32,000 nucleotides of DNA, taken from Candidatus Thorarchaeota archaeon (GTDB lineage: Archaea > Asgardarchaeota > Heimdallarchaeia > Hodarchaeales > Hodarchaeaceae). The stretch spans positions 244,958-276,957 of the forward strand of contig JBHLRO010000003.1 of NCBI GenBank assembly GCA_048882505.1, given 5' to 3'. The notes under the pieces are model-generated. The model was given only the letters and a program-made list of their open reading frames with translations. It made no database searches and was not told the DNA's origin. The position numbers were made by a program, and so were the translations under genes. Positions 10,203 to 20,100 of this stretch are shown here, in pieces (the first letter of the stretch is position 1; every line of letters begins with the position of its first letter).

Positions 10203-11093
10203 ATGTCTCAAATCCAAATAAATACTACAAAAGATAAAGTAAAAGAGTTTCTTAACCTTCACATCAAAGTGTTGGAAAATTTATTGGTCGGAAAATCATT
10301 CGAAGAATTGAAAATTCAATTTTTTTCCGAATTTGAAAAATTCAATTATATAGCGTTGACTAAAACCTTTTCGATGCTTAGCTATGATGAAGAAGGGAAT
10401 CTGAGAGGCGCTTATCCAATTTCCCCAAATAAAACCAAATACAAGATCCATGTTGAAGGAATTGGGTCTGGGTATGCCATGTGCGCTATAGATGCAATCG
10501 GAGTTCCTTATCTATTTGGGAAAGCAACGATCATAGAGAGTATAGATCAAGTAACCAATGAGCCCATTCAATTCACAATAGATCCTAGTTTCTCCGATGA
10601 CCATGTAATTTCTCAATTGGCTGATGAATTTAAGGAATTAGTGATCACAAACCCGAAAGGTAGTGAAATACAAGTAGGCCAGGCTATTGACCAAGCAGTT
10701 GATTTTTGTCCCTATATCGGATTTGTTACAGACAGAAAAACCCTAACAGAGGAACATTTGGCTAGGGTGGACAGTTTGGATTTTGAAACTGCGTTAAAAT
10801 ACGGGAAACATTCTTTTGGTAGAGAAAATGTCGTAAAACTGCTTGAAGATTTCTTTAATGCCATTCTTTCCTTCTATCAACACGATTCTTTGAATGGGGA
10901 TCAACTGGTTGAGCAATACATCCAAAACAATGAACTTCTCCTAGATACCTATTCCCAAGAACAGATAAAAGGCATGTTGATTACTACTCTGATAAATAAT
11001 GGTTTAATAGAAAAAGTGGATGGGGCTAATCCCAAGGCCCTTTACTCTTTGACAACATTTGGTAAAAAACTCATGAAGGTTTTTGGTAACTAG
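10203..11093 (+). CDS. merB: Organomercurial lyase MerB-like protein with C-terminal wHTH-like extension
   Basis: GAYPIS, AMCAIDAIG (Cys94, Asp97) and DFCPYIGF (Cys169) align by eye with the MerB Cys-Asp-Cys catalytic set; about 90 extra C-terminal residues. Substrate unproven. Confidence 0.65.
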   Translation: MSQIQINTTKDKVKEFLNLHIKVLENLLVGKSFEELKIQFFSEFEKFNYIALTKTFSMLSYDEEGNLRGAYPISPNKTKYKIHVEGIGSGYAMCAIDAIGVPYLFGKATIIESIDQVTNEPIQFTIDPSFSDDHVISQLADEFKELVITNPKGSEIQVGQAIDQAVDFCPYIGFVTDRKTLTEEHLARVDSLDFETALKYGKHSFGRENVVKLLEDFFNAILSFYQHDSLNGDQLVEQYIQNNELLLDTYSQEQIKGMLITTLINNGLIEKVDGANPKALYSLTTFGKKLMKVFGN

Positions 11094-11183
11094 CATAGAG
11101 CGCCGCGATACGCTACCTAGAAAGGAAAAAACAGGGCTTGTTACCCATTCCTTCCACTCGCCCAATACTAGCTAGTGATAACA

Positions 11184-13442
11184 CTAGTTTTCTTTTTCTG
11201 ATGTTTTTTTCCTTTTTCTTGTATTTAATTGAACCAAGACAATGATCGCTCCTCCAATGATTGTAGTACCGGCCAATATTACTATTACGAACAAATTATC
11301 ATCAGTAGGAGGGATGTGGGACATGACATCAGTCTTACTCGGTATGGGAGGAAATATGTTAATCGAATAATTTGGATTCGGTTTTTCTTCAGAAATGAGA
11401 AACAGTCTGGTTCCATTAGCGGTGATATCCGTCCCGAAGCTCAATAAGACATCATTTGTTTGAAATCGACCAATTGAACGGTTCTCATCGAGGGAATGAA
11501 CCCAATAATTCCCAGAAGGAAGATTAAATCGTGAAAGATCTAAACCAAACGTAAAAGATCGATCGTTATTATCAAAATTCATGACGCCAGCAAGAATGGT
11601 ATTATCATCAACTAAACCGTGTGAAGTCAACATATTTTCGGTTTCGGAGTTCGTAATTGAAGTAATTCCTCCTAAAAATTGGCCAAATGCTCTAACGACT
11701 TCTCTATACAGAGACCACAGGTCATACTGCTTGTCATTGTCATAAGTCTCCCACGTTTCCCCTTGAAGAGTAGACGAGCGTTCAGCTCCAAAGTATAATA
11801 TCCACCCACTCTCGGTATTTGATTCATTATGGTAAAGTAATAGAGGATTATCTGTTATCATCGATTCAGTATTATTCTCCCCTACATGATAAAATCCGTT
11901 AATTGGATAAAAATTGGGAGAATTATTATCAGCCTGAATCATGTAGGTTGAGTGGTACGGAGCATCAGAATAAAGCTCTAGATCCAAAATGTTGGGACGG
12001 GTAATGTTGATTCTTACATATCCATTAGTCTTTGTTTGATTTGAATTGAGTTCGATTTGAAAACTATTTGAAATCGGGAAAGGTTGATCATCATGGTGAA
12101 TTCCCCCTAGGAGAATGAGATTTCCCCCCGATTCCACATATGCATTTAGTTTTTGGATCGTTTCATCATAATACCACCCATCGGTTAATAACACGATGAC
12201 ATACTGAGAAAGATCGAGCTCGGACTTGGCAAAGCATCTTTGATTAACTAGATCGTATTCCGAGAAGAGACCGACTTCAGCAATGTTCTGCATAGCTATA
12301 CCCGTTTGATATCCAGTCCCAACCACTAGAATCTCCGGTTTTGCTGCCATTGTTGGTAATTTTGTCAGTTGACCTGCTAGATTGTCTACATATCTCCAAA
12401 TTCGCTTTCCCATAATATCTTCCCGGCCCGGCCCCCAATTCCAGTCAGAGAAGCTATCATTATTTTGTGGAGACCAGTCAAACCATCCCAAGACATCCAC
12501 TCCCGAAAGATATGAGAGCCAGGCTTCACGTCTGATTTGCTCATAACTTCCATCCTTATAATACAGGCCATCCCCTGCTTCGTTTATGAAATCCCAAATT
12601 GTGGCCCAAATATCCATATGAAATTCTTTCCCTGGCATTGAGGCTTTATATCTACGAATTGTTTCGTAAAGTAACCACGGGTTATACATCGCATAGTAGC
12701 AGTCCATTGCAAAGCCATCTGCTTTAATTTCATAAGGAGCTGCTAACTCGTATCCTAGACCCCAAACTGGATGCATCATAGTGTACTGAAAGACTCGAGC
12801 ATTTGGAGCTTGGGTCTTGACATAGTCATAAAGAAAACTATAAACCCAAGTACTTTTCGCATTTAACCACTCTATATATATGTTCTCTTCTGTTCTGTTC
12901 ATCATGGAGATTGGCTTCATATAGTAACCTGTTTCATCAAAATAGGTGCCATTGTATTTGGTGATCTCTGGTGATTCTGCGGAAGATATATCTACGTAAT
13001 TAATCCATGCAGGTTCTTCATCTCCCAAAGTTATCCCCCACAAGTCATTTGGGTCTATCGCTACGGCAGAGGGGGCATTGGGTAGATAGCTGACTGGAAT
13101 TCCGTGAAGATCAAAATCTAATTCCTCTTTCGCATAGTCCTGGAACGTTTCATTATAATAGATATCAAGAGGATTGTTGATAATCTCATTCCACCAGTTT
13201 TGGATATGCATAATCTTAATCCCCTCTTTGGCGAGATTATGAATAATCTCAACATCGGTTTCCGCCGCATGGCCATTAAACGTCCAAATACTCGTGTTAG
13301 TGTTTAAAACCGCATCTACCGAAATTAATCCTGCATGCCGTGATTCAATAGCGGTACCTTCAGAAGAAGAATGGGCCAAAAGCGTTAAAATTATAACGAA
13401 TAGCAAAACCGATCTCGCTTGTTCTATCTGCCGATCTTTCAA
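11184..13442 (-). CDS. Membrane-anchored extracellular glycoside-hydrolase-like protein (TIM barrel, GH42-type trimerisation-like domain, beta-sandwich)
   Basis: Signal peptide; WGITLGDEEP; DCYYAM; REAWLSYLSG...WFDW; LNAYVESGGNLIL (class I GATase-like/beta-galactosidase trimerisation pattern); C-terminal TM plus RKRKK. TTG 13442 has GGAGG 7 nt upstream. Confidence 0.6.
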   Translation of the reverse strand: MKDRQIEQARSVLLFVIILTLLAHSSSEGTAIESRHAGLISVDAVLNTNTSIWTFNGHAAETDVEIIHNLAKEGIKIMHIQNWWNEIINNPLDIYYNETFQDYAKEELDFDLHGIPVSYLPNAPSAVAIDPNDLWGITLGDEEPAWINYVDISSAESPEITKYNGTYFDETGYYMKPISMMNRTEENIYIEWLNAKSTWVYSFLYDYVKTQAPNARVFQYTMMHPVWGLGYELAAPYEIKADGFAMDCYYAMYNPWLLYETIRRYKASMPGKEFHMDIWATIWDFINEAGDGLYYKDGSYEQIRREAWLSYLSGVDVLGWFDWSPQNNDSFSDWNWGPGREDIMGKRIWRYVDNLAGQLTKLPTMAAKPEILVVGTGYQTGIAMQNIAEVGLFSEYDLVNQRCFAKSELDLSQYVIVLLTDGWYYDETIQKLNAYVESGGNLILLGGIHHDDQPFPISNSFQIELNSNQTKTNGYVRINITRPNILDLELYSDAPYHSTYMIQADNNSPNFYPINGFYHVGENNTESMITDNPLLLYHNESNTESGWILYFGAERSSTLQGETWETYDNDKQYDLWSLYREVVRAFGQFLGGITSITNSETENMLTSHGLVDDNTILAGVMNFDNNDRSFTFGLDLSRFNLPSGNYWVHSLDENRSIGRFQTNDVLLSFGTDITANGTRLFLISEEKPNPNYSINIFPPIPSKTDVMSHIPPTDDNLFVIVILAGTTIIGGAIIVLVQLNTRKRKKTSEKEN

Positions 13443-13923
13443 GGATGAGCCTCCCGAATAGTACAAATTGTGATCTATTTAGGTCTGATTTCTACTCCAA
13501 TTTTCAGACCCCGATAGCAATATCTGAATTATAAAGGTTTGTGATCGGCTGAGAGTCCTCGCCTCCCATTACTTTGACTGATGCTACCATAGTTAGAAGA
13601 ATGTGCATTAATATCGATAATAGTGAGAATTATACAATTTCCTAATTACTCGGTTAGGCCTTAATATCCTCCTGCACTCATTATTTCCGAAAAATTTTTT
13701 CCTAATAAATACCAAACAATCATATAATCATCATATAGTACTCACTACATATGCATAAAGTAACACCGATTGATTAAACACCTTTTCCTATTAGGTTTTC
13801 CTTCTTCGCTTCTTTAATCGAATTTCATTCCTCCTATTACGAAACAAATTCTTCTATCAGCCTTGAATTTAATTCTTTTACCCCAGAAGAAATGTTAATA
13901 TAGGTGGAGGTGAATAAAGAGCA

Positions 13924-14733
13924 TTGTTGAGAATAACGTCAGCGTTACAAAATGTTTCAACAAATACCGTCGTTTACACCAACTGTTACCCAAGATCTTG
14001 TAATGTAGGGGGCGTTGCTCTTGATGAATTCTCTATCGCTATCGATAGCACCCGATCTCCTACCGATGCCAGAGAATTCCGACGAGATTTAGAGAAATAC
14101 TTCCAACTCCCTATAGAATATTTGTTTTTAACCCACAGACATACTGATCATCGAAATGGAATTCCTGCTTTCCAAGACTTGACCATTGTAAGTAGAGCGA
14201 AAACGTCAGAACTTATGCCCAAAACAGTCAAATGGGATAAACTCAATACGCTCACCTTTAAGGATGAGCTAGTTATAAACGGTATAGACAACGAAGTTAA
14301 GGTGGAACTTTACCGCTTAGGGGGACATACTGCAGGTTCTAGTATTCTTTATTTCCCTAATGAAAAAGTTGTATTTGCTGGTGATCTTGTTATAGAATTT
14401 GTGCCTGTTGTCGCCGGAATGGAAAAAACATTCAATCCCGATGAATGGATCAAAGCTTTGGAATTTATTAAATCATTGGACGTCGAAAAGATCGTTCCAG
14501 GACATTCATGGTTCAATAAAGCCCACTACGCCAAATCCGATTTAGATCAACATACTGAAGTACTTATTGCCTTCCGAAGCCAAGTGGTGGGTGCTATTAA
14601 AAACAAAATTGATTTAATTGATCTGGACGTACCTCAATCCGAATTTCTTGATTTTTTAGAGGCCCAAATACCTACATTACCTATCAAACATCAGAAGAGA
14701 GTCATTAAGCAAATAGAAAGCACGAAACAGTAA
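13924..14733 (+). CDS. Metallo-beta-lactamase-fold hydrolase
   Basis: THRHTDH (HxHxDH, from 14134), GGHTAGS, FAGDL, VPGH. TTG start with SD GGAGGTGA at 13906-13913. Confidence 0.9.
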   Translation: MLRITSALQNVSTNTVVYTNCYPRSCNVGGVALDEFSIAIDSTRSPTDAREFRRDLEKYFQLPIEYLFLTHRHTDHRNGIPAFQDLTIVSRAKTSELMPKTVKWDKLNTLTFKDELVINGIDNEVKVELYRLGGHTAGSSILYFPNEKVVFAGDLVIEFVPVVAGMEKTFNPDEWIKALEFIKSLDVEKIVPGHSWFNKAHYAKSDLDQHTEVLIAFRSQVVGAIKNKIDLIDLDVPQSEFLDFLEAQIPTLPIKHQKRVIKQIESTKQ

Positions 14734-14971
14734 TTGCTGAAAAGATTCTATGATTACTATTCTCGACACTGAGATAGTTATACCGTTGGCGAAGTAATGC
14801 TAATTTCCTAACTTCTTCCAAGAGTAAGGAATAGCCCCCTGTTACATAAAGTTATTCCAGAGTTTCTTGATTCATTTTGAGAAAGCGTTTAACGATAGAT
14901 CAAGTAACTATCACCAGATTATAGTCTAAAATGAATTCTTTACGTTATAAAGTCCTGCAAAATGATATGAT

Positions 14972-15030
14972 TTTGGGGAAAGTCTAAAACAGATTCGTTT
15001 GAAATCTGTTCCTGTTATAGGTTTACCCTA
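14972..15030 (+). repeat. Dispersed intergenic repeat, copy 2
   Basis: Matches 9344-9401; contains the perfect hairpin AACAGATT-(7 nt)-AATCTGTT at 14988-15010. Confidence 0.85.
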
Positions 15031-15036
15031 TCTTAT

Positions 15037-15450
15037 TTAGGTTGGAGGGACATTAGAGCTGAAACAATCGTATATAATTTTCCATGAACCATCAGATTGC
15101 CTTTCGTATAAGGTTAAAGCTTTACCATCTGGCACCGCATCAATCGTCTCGCTGCCATCTTTGGGAATAAGTTTCAAGGTGTAATTGCATCTAGTTATTC
15201 CCAAGTCACCGTATACCTTAGTCTCCTTTAATTCGATGTTTATTTCATAATTCATACGTTCAAAGGTGCCCCGACTTCTTTCTCGGATGTAGTTTTTGCC
15301 AATTCTACTCGGTGTATCTGGCGGCATCTGTACCGCGTTGTCAGCCCATATGGACATCCAGTGATCTAAATCTCCTGAGTTTAAACCAATGGCAAATTGG
15401 TTTAACACCTCTTCAACTGCATTGATGTCCCTCTCTTGCGCCTCATCCAT
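15037..15450 (-). CDS. NTF2/SnoaL-like (DUF4440/YybH-type) protein
   Basis: DINAVEEVL...SGDLDHWMSIWADNAVQMPP...GKNYIRE...YERQSDGSWKIIYD, the typical NTF2-like pattern. Confidence 0.85.
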   Translation of the reverse strand: MDEAQERDINAVEEVLNQFAIGLNSGDLDHWMSIWADNAVQMPPDTPSRIGKNYIRERSRGTFERMNYEINIELKETKVYGDLGITRCNYTLKLIPKDGSETIDAVPDGKALTLYERQSDGSWKIIYDCFSSNVPPT

Positions 15451-15744
15451 AATAAAACATCATGTGATTTTCTGCTTATTAAAAGTTTCTTCGCATTGTT
15501 TCTTTTTCGGGGGTTTTCGAACTTTCCCAATTCTTGTCTAAAAAAAGCTCTGAAATTTCAGAGGATTCTCGAACTATGCTCTGGAGTATATTTCGGCCCT
15601 GCTAGCCCTATGCTTGACAGAATTCCAGAAAAACTCTATATCTACCAAATTGTGGTCGTAAATAATCAGCAATTTCTGGATTGAATGCCTCCTTCTGAAT
15701 GCTTAAATAAACTTTTGAATCGTTAGAGGGCAAAGGTACTGATC

Positions 15745-16806
15745 ATGGAGAAGACTTACATTTCTTTACTAGCAATCAGTCTTATCTTTATTTTTCCGTC
15801 AATAAGGATCTCATCTCATACTCTTGAAATACCTCATCAAATTTCCTATAATAATGATCTTCCACAGAGTTCACAGGATTTTCTCCTCCTACCTATTACT
15901 GGCTGTACTATTTTTACTGTAGAATTTAATAATACGATTTATTTTGCCAGTAGTGAAGATGAAAGTGGCCCACGGAAGAATACAAGATTCTGGTTTGTAC
16001 CAGCCCCTGATCAAGGTACTTATGGTGCAGTTTATTTTGGGTTTACTGACAATCTCCCTGGAGCCGATGATATCGATAATTTAGCCGTTGGAGGGATGAA
16101 TTCTCAGGGTCTGTGTTTTGATGCCAATGGAGTTATGCCGCCCGCTTATGTTACTCCCAACCAAGGAGGTCCTGCAAGGAGCAGTATAGGCGACTGGGAA
16201 GTCATTTTACGGGAATGCGCGACCGTAGACGATGTTATTGAATGGCATACGAATCACAATATGGGTGGTTGGTGGGGGAATCAGATTCATTGGGTAGATG
16301 CAACAGGCGATGCTGTGGTGATTAGTGCTGGTCGAAACCAGCAAGTTGCATTTACACGAAAGTATGGGGATTATTTAATCTCGACAAATTTTAACCTCGA
16401 TAACTATTCACATGGATCCTATCCCTGCCCGCGATATGATGCGGTCAAGAATAATTTGGATTATTTTATAGACAAAAACGACATTTCTGAGAAACTTATT
16501 CAAGAGATACTTGGAATGGTACATCTGGAAGGGACAGAGAACTACATAGGAACCGTGTATTCGTATATTATGTATCCTCAAACTCTGGATGTTGTCCTGT
16601 ACGTTCAACGCGATTATGAGTACCCAGTCAGGTTTAATCTAAACTCTGAATTACTCAAGGGAGGACACGAAATCCGAATAGTTCCGGCTCTAAAGTCAAA
16701 TCCTCCATTGTCCACTTCCATGGCAACTCAAGGATTTGATTCGTCCTTGTTTTATCCATTTATTATTGTTTTAATGCTTTCCAGAATAAAAAATAAGAGA
16801 ACTTAA
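15745..16806 (+). CDS. Secreted, C-terminally anchored Ntn-hydrolase (choloylglycine hydrolase/C45-like amidase)
   Basis: Signal peptide, pro-segment, then GCTIF (candidate nucleophile Cys54), GGMNSQGL, HWVDATGDAVVI, STNF, CPRY; C-terminal QGF plus hydrophobic segment plus basic tail. Confidence 0.78.
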   Translation: MEKTYISLLAISLIFIFPSIRISSHTLEIPHQISYNNDLPQSSQDFLLLPITGCTIFTVEFNNTIYFASSEDESGPRKNTRFWFVPAPDQGTYGAVYFGFTDNLPGADDIDNLAVGGMNSQGLCFDANGVMPPAYVTPNQGGPARSSIGDWEVILRECATVDDVIEWHTNHNMGGWWGNQIHWVDATGDAVVISAGRNQQVAFTRKYGDYLISTNFNLDNYSHGSYPCPRYDAVKNNLDYFIDKNDISEKLIQEILGMVHLEGTENYIGTVYSYIMYPQTLDVVLYVQRDYEYPVRFNLNSELLKGGHEIRIVPALKSNPPLSTSMATQGFDSSLFYPFIIVLMLSRIKNKRT

Positions 16807-17140
16807 GTACCGCATCTTAAAGGGCAAATATTCTTCCATAAGAGGCACGAAATTCAAGATTACAGGAAAGTCAGGAAGTTCGGATAAAATTCGAAAATAA
16901 TTGCTCTTGAGAAAACGTAAACCCAAATAAATTACACCATATGGAATGACCAAAACCTACCGAATTTTGCCCACATTTTTAACCAGGGGCGGAAACAAAA
17001 TAGGATTTCATTGATTTTACGCCTAATTAACTCTCTGAAGTTTGGTTAAATTGTCTAGATCGTCTTATTAATACTAGCGGCGACTAATTATCTTGAACTT
17101 TTTTTCCCGCGCGCCTTTTCACTACTTTGGATGGATAATC

Positions 17141-20100
17141 ATGATGATTTTTAGGTCTAAAAAACCTGTTTTCTTCCTCGCTTTACTACTCATCTGTTCT
17201 TCTTTAGCCACCTTTGCATTCACTGATTGGTTCATCCTAAATCATACCGATCTCGACACGTCTCCCTGGAATACTACATCTGAGACTCTAGATCCCCTAA
17301 CGGCCTCGACACCTATACACTCCTCTTTTCCTCTGTTTAATCTTCAGTCCTATACAGCCCATGATCCCGTCGTAATCAACGGAAACTCTGATTTTGCCAG
17401 CCAGGCACTAAATGAAGGCTGGCTAGGAAATGGTTCTTCAAGTAATCCGTACATCATCGAAAATATAGCAATAGTTAATAGTACTGATGGTATCTATGGG
17501 GTTTCCATCGCAACGACAATGTACTTCGTTATTCGCCATAGCTATATAGAAATGACTGGAGTTGGTTCATCAGGAATCTTCTTTTCAAGTGTTAATAATG
17601 TAGGTACGATATACAATACTACCTTGTTTAACAATACTCAGTATGGTATATATTTGTCCAGTAGTGATGGAAACAATATTACTCATAATCTTATACAGAA
17701 TAACCACGAAATCGGTATCAATATTTGGGCAAGTAATGCCAATATTATTGAATATAATACTATTATCGAGAATACAGAGATTACTGGCGCCATTAAACTA
17801 ACTGTCTCAAGTTATAATAAGATTAATCACAATAATATTTCCTATAACCTCAATGGAATCGCACATTCATCAAGCTGTGATTTCAATACATATTATAACA
17901 ATACGTTTTCTCATAATATACAATACTCTATCTGGTCATCTTCATTTTTTGAATATAATAATATTTCAAAGAATGATTTCATATACAATGGTGATACAAT
18001 AATTTTTTTCCAGAGTTTTACCAGTCATAACATTTTTTCCGGTAACATGTTTGAAAATAATACTGGAGAAGGTGTGCGGTTTGCTTCCAGCTCCGATAAT
18101 AATTCTATCTACGATAATACCTTTACAAACAATACATATGGCTTGAACAGTAATGTCGGCGCGAGTTGGGTTTATAACAATACATTCAAAGGAAACTCCT
18201 ACGCCTTAAGAATTTTAAATGGTTTTTATGGTGTATATCAAAACAATACAATAATAAGCAACGGTTATGGAATCTACGTCTGGAATGGAGACAATAACAC
18301 TTTCATTGATAACAATGTCATAAACAATTCTAATGGAATTTATTTTACCTCATCGGACAATAATACCTTTTATGGTAACAATTTTTTACATAATGTAGTG
18401 CAAGGGTTCTCTAGCACGTCTACAAACTATGCTGACAATGGAACATTTGGGAATTTCTGGCTAGATCATTTGGGAATGGATAATGATTCAGATGGAATTC
18501 TTGATACGCCTTATGCGTTAGATGGTTTAGGTGGGGTAGAAGACAATTTTCCCTTGTCAATTTGGAATAATGAAACATTTAATCCAGAAATTATAAACTC
18601 TCCCACTAATTTGACATACGAGACCCATTCAATCGGTCATAATTTGACATGGAGAGCAATAGACGAGAGCCCAGATGTGTATGAAGTATTTTTTAATGGT
18701 AGTTCACAAGGAACAAAGACTTTTACATCAAGAGAATTCTTTAATGTATCCGTTGATGGGTTTGATTTAGGTGAAACAAATGTTACTGTTACTTTTCGGG
18801 ATACAGATGGTAATATAGAAAGTAACACCATTTTTGTCACAGTATTGGATACCATCCCCCCGAATTTAACATCAGGTAAAGTTTTTACCTTTATGGAGGA
18901 TTTGCCTGATAAATCAATCAACTGGACTCTTATGGATTTATATCCATGGAATTATACCATCTTCAAAGATGGCGTACTTTATGCCAATGGCTCTTGGCAA
19001 TCTGGGCAGACCATTATTGTCAATGTAACTAGTTTACCATTAGGAGTATACGAATTCATACTATACGCAAATGACTCTTCTTCCAATATTAATTCTTCTA
19101 CGCATTATGTCGTGATTTATGATGGAACGGCTCCTGTTGTAAGCCAACCCACTAATATCTCCTACGAATACGGTTATTTCACGCCTCCCATCACCTGGAT
19201 TGCCACGGATAAACATCCGGAAAACTATACGGTATTCGTTGATGATTCCGAATATACTAATGGGACATGGACTTCAGGTTCATACATTTATTTTGATCCT
19301 GCAGGGTTTACTCCTGGCACTTATAATGTAACCATTATCGTTTATGATACTTCGGGCTTAAACGCTACCAGTACTGTTTTCGTTACGGTACTTCCTGACT
19401 CAACCATTCCGATTGTCACAAGTCCAGGAAATCAAACAATCGCAGAAAACACTTCCATTACAATAGTCTCGTGGACTGCAAGCGATTATAATCCCACAAC
19501 GTATGAAATCTATCAGAATGGAGTTCTAATTCAGTCTGATATTTGGAACAACAGTTTTCCCATTGAATTAATAATATATGATGCAGTTGTAGGCATTTAT
19601 AACTATACGATTATACTGAAAGACATAAGTAATTTGACAACCTCAGATACCATTTTCGTTGCCGTAGAACCGTTAGTGGGTACTGCTATTAATCATCCAT
19701 TGGATATCACATACACCGAAGGTATGACAAACAACCTGATCTATTGGAGTATTATCAGTAATGAAACGGGGAGCTATACAATCTATCAGGATGATTTTCC
19801 AGTTGATGGCGGAAACTGGACGAATAATACGCTTATTAACTATTCTGTTGATAATTTAGGTCCAGGAACATACAATTTTACCCTCTGGGTTAATACATCT
19901 CAAAGCTATATTCTGAATGATACCGTCTTCGTTTTTGTGACGATAGATTCAATGGCTCCAAATATTAGCGATGAAACCGATTTCATTATCCTAGAACACA
20001 GTTTTGATAATAATATTACATGGACGGTCTCAGACCTAAATCCTGATATCTATGTGATTTATAGAAACAATTCTATTGTTCAATCCGGCCCATGGATAGG

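Noticed and set aside
13467-13923. Long intergenic gap checked for a hidden gene or RNA
   Set aside because: The minus-strand frames I translated gave only short, unrecognisable peptides, and no tRNA-like or strong stem structure was seen.
9344-15030. Dispersed repeat as a CRISPR repeat (the reverse strand of copy 2 has TTTTAGACTTTCCCCAAAA, loosely like some type VI repeats)
   Set aside because: The copies are 5.6 kb apart with whole genes between them; there are no regular spacers and no cas genes.
15607-15651. Minus-strand peptide NLVDIEFFWNSVKHR, resembling the IS630/Tc1 motif LNPIExxWxxxK
   Set aside because: The NP core is absent, no other DDE motif or terminal repeat was found, and the match is too short to call.
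15436-15684. 82-aa ORF containing ILELCSG, like SAM-methyltransferase motif I
   Set aside because: No second glycine or downstream acidic motif, low-complexity N-terminus, and it overlaps the divergent gene start; probably spurious.
17380-18560. Beta-helix as a true NosD of nitrous-oxide reduction
   Set aside because: No nosZ/nosF/nosY nearby; the fold is generic, and the Ig stalk and anchor indicate a surface protein.
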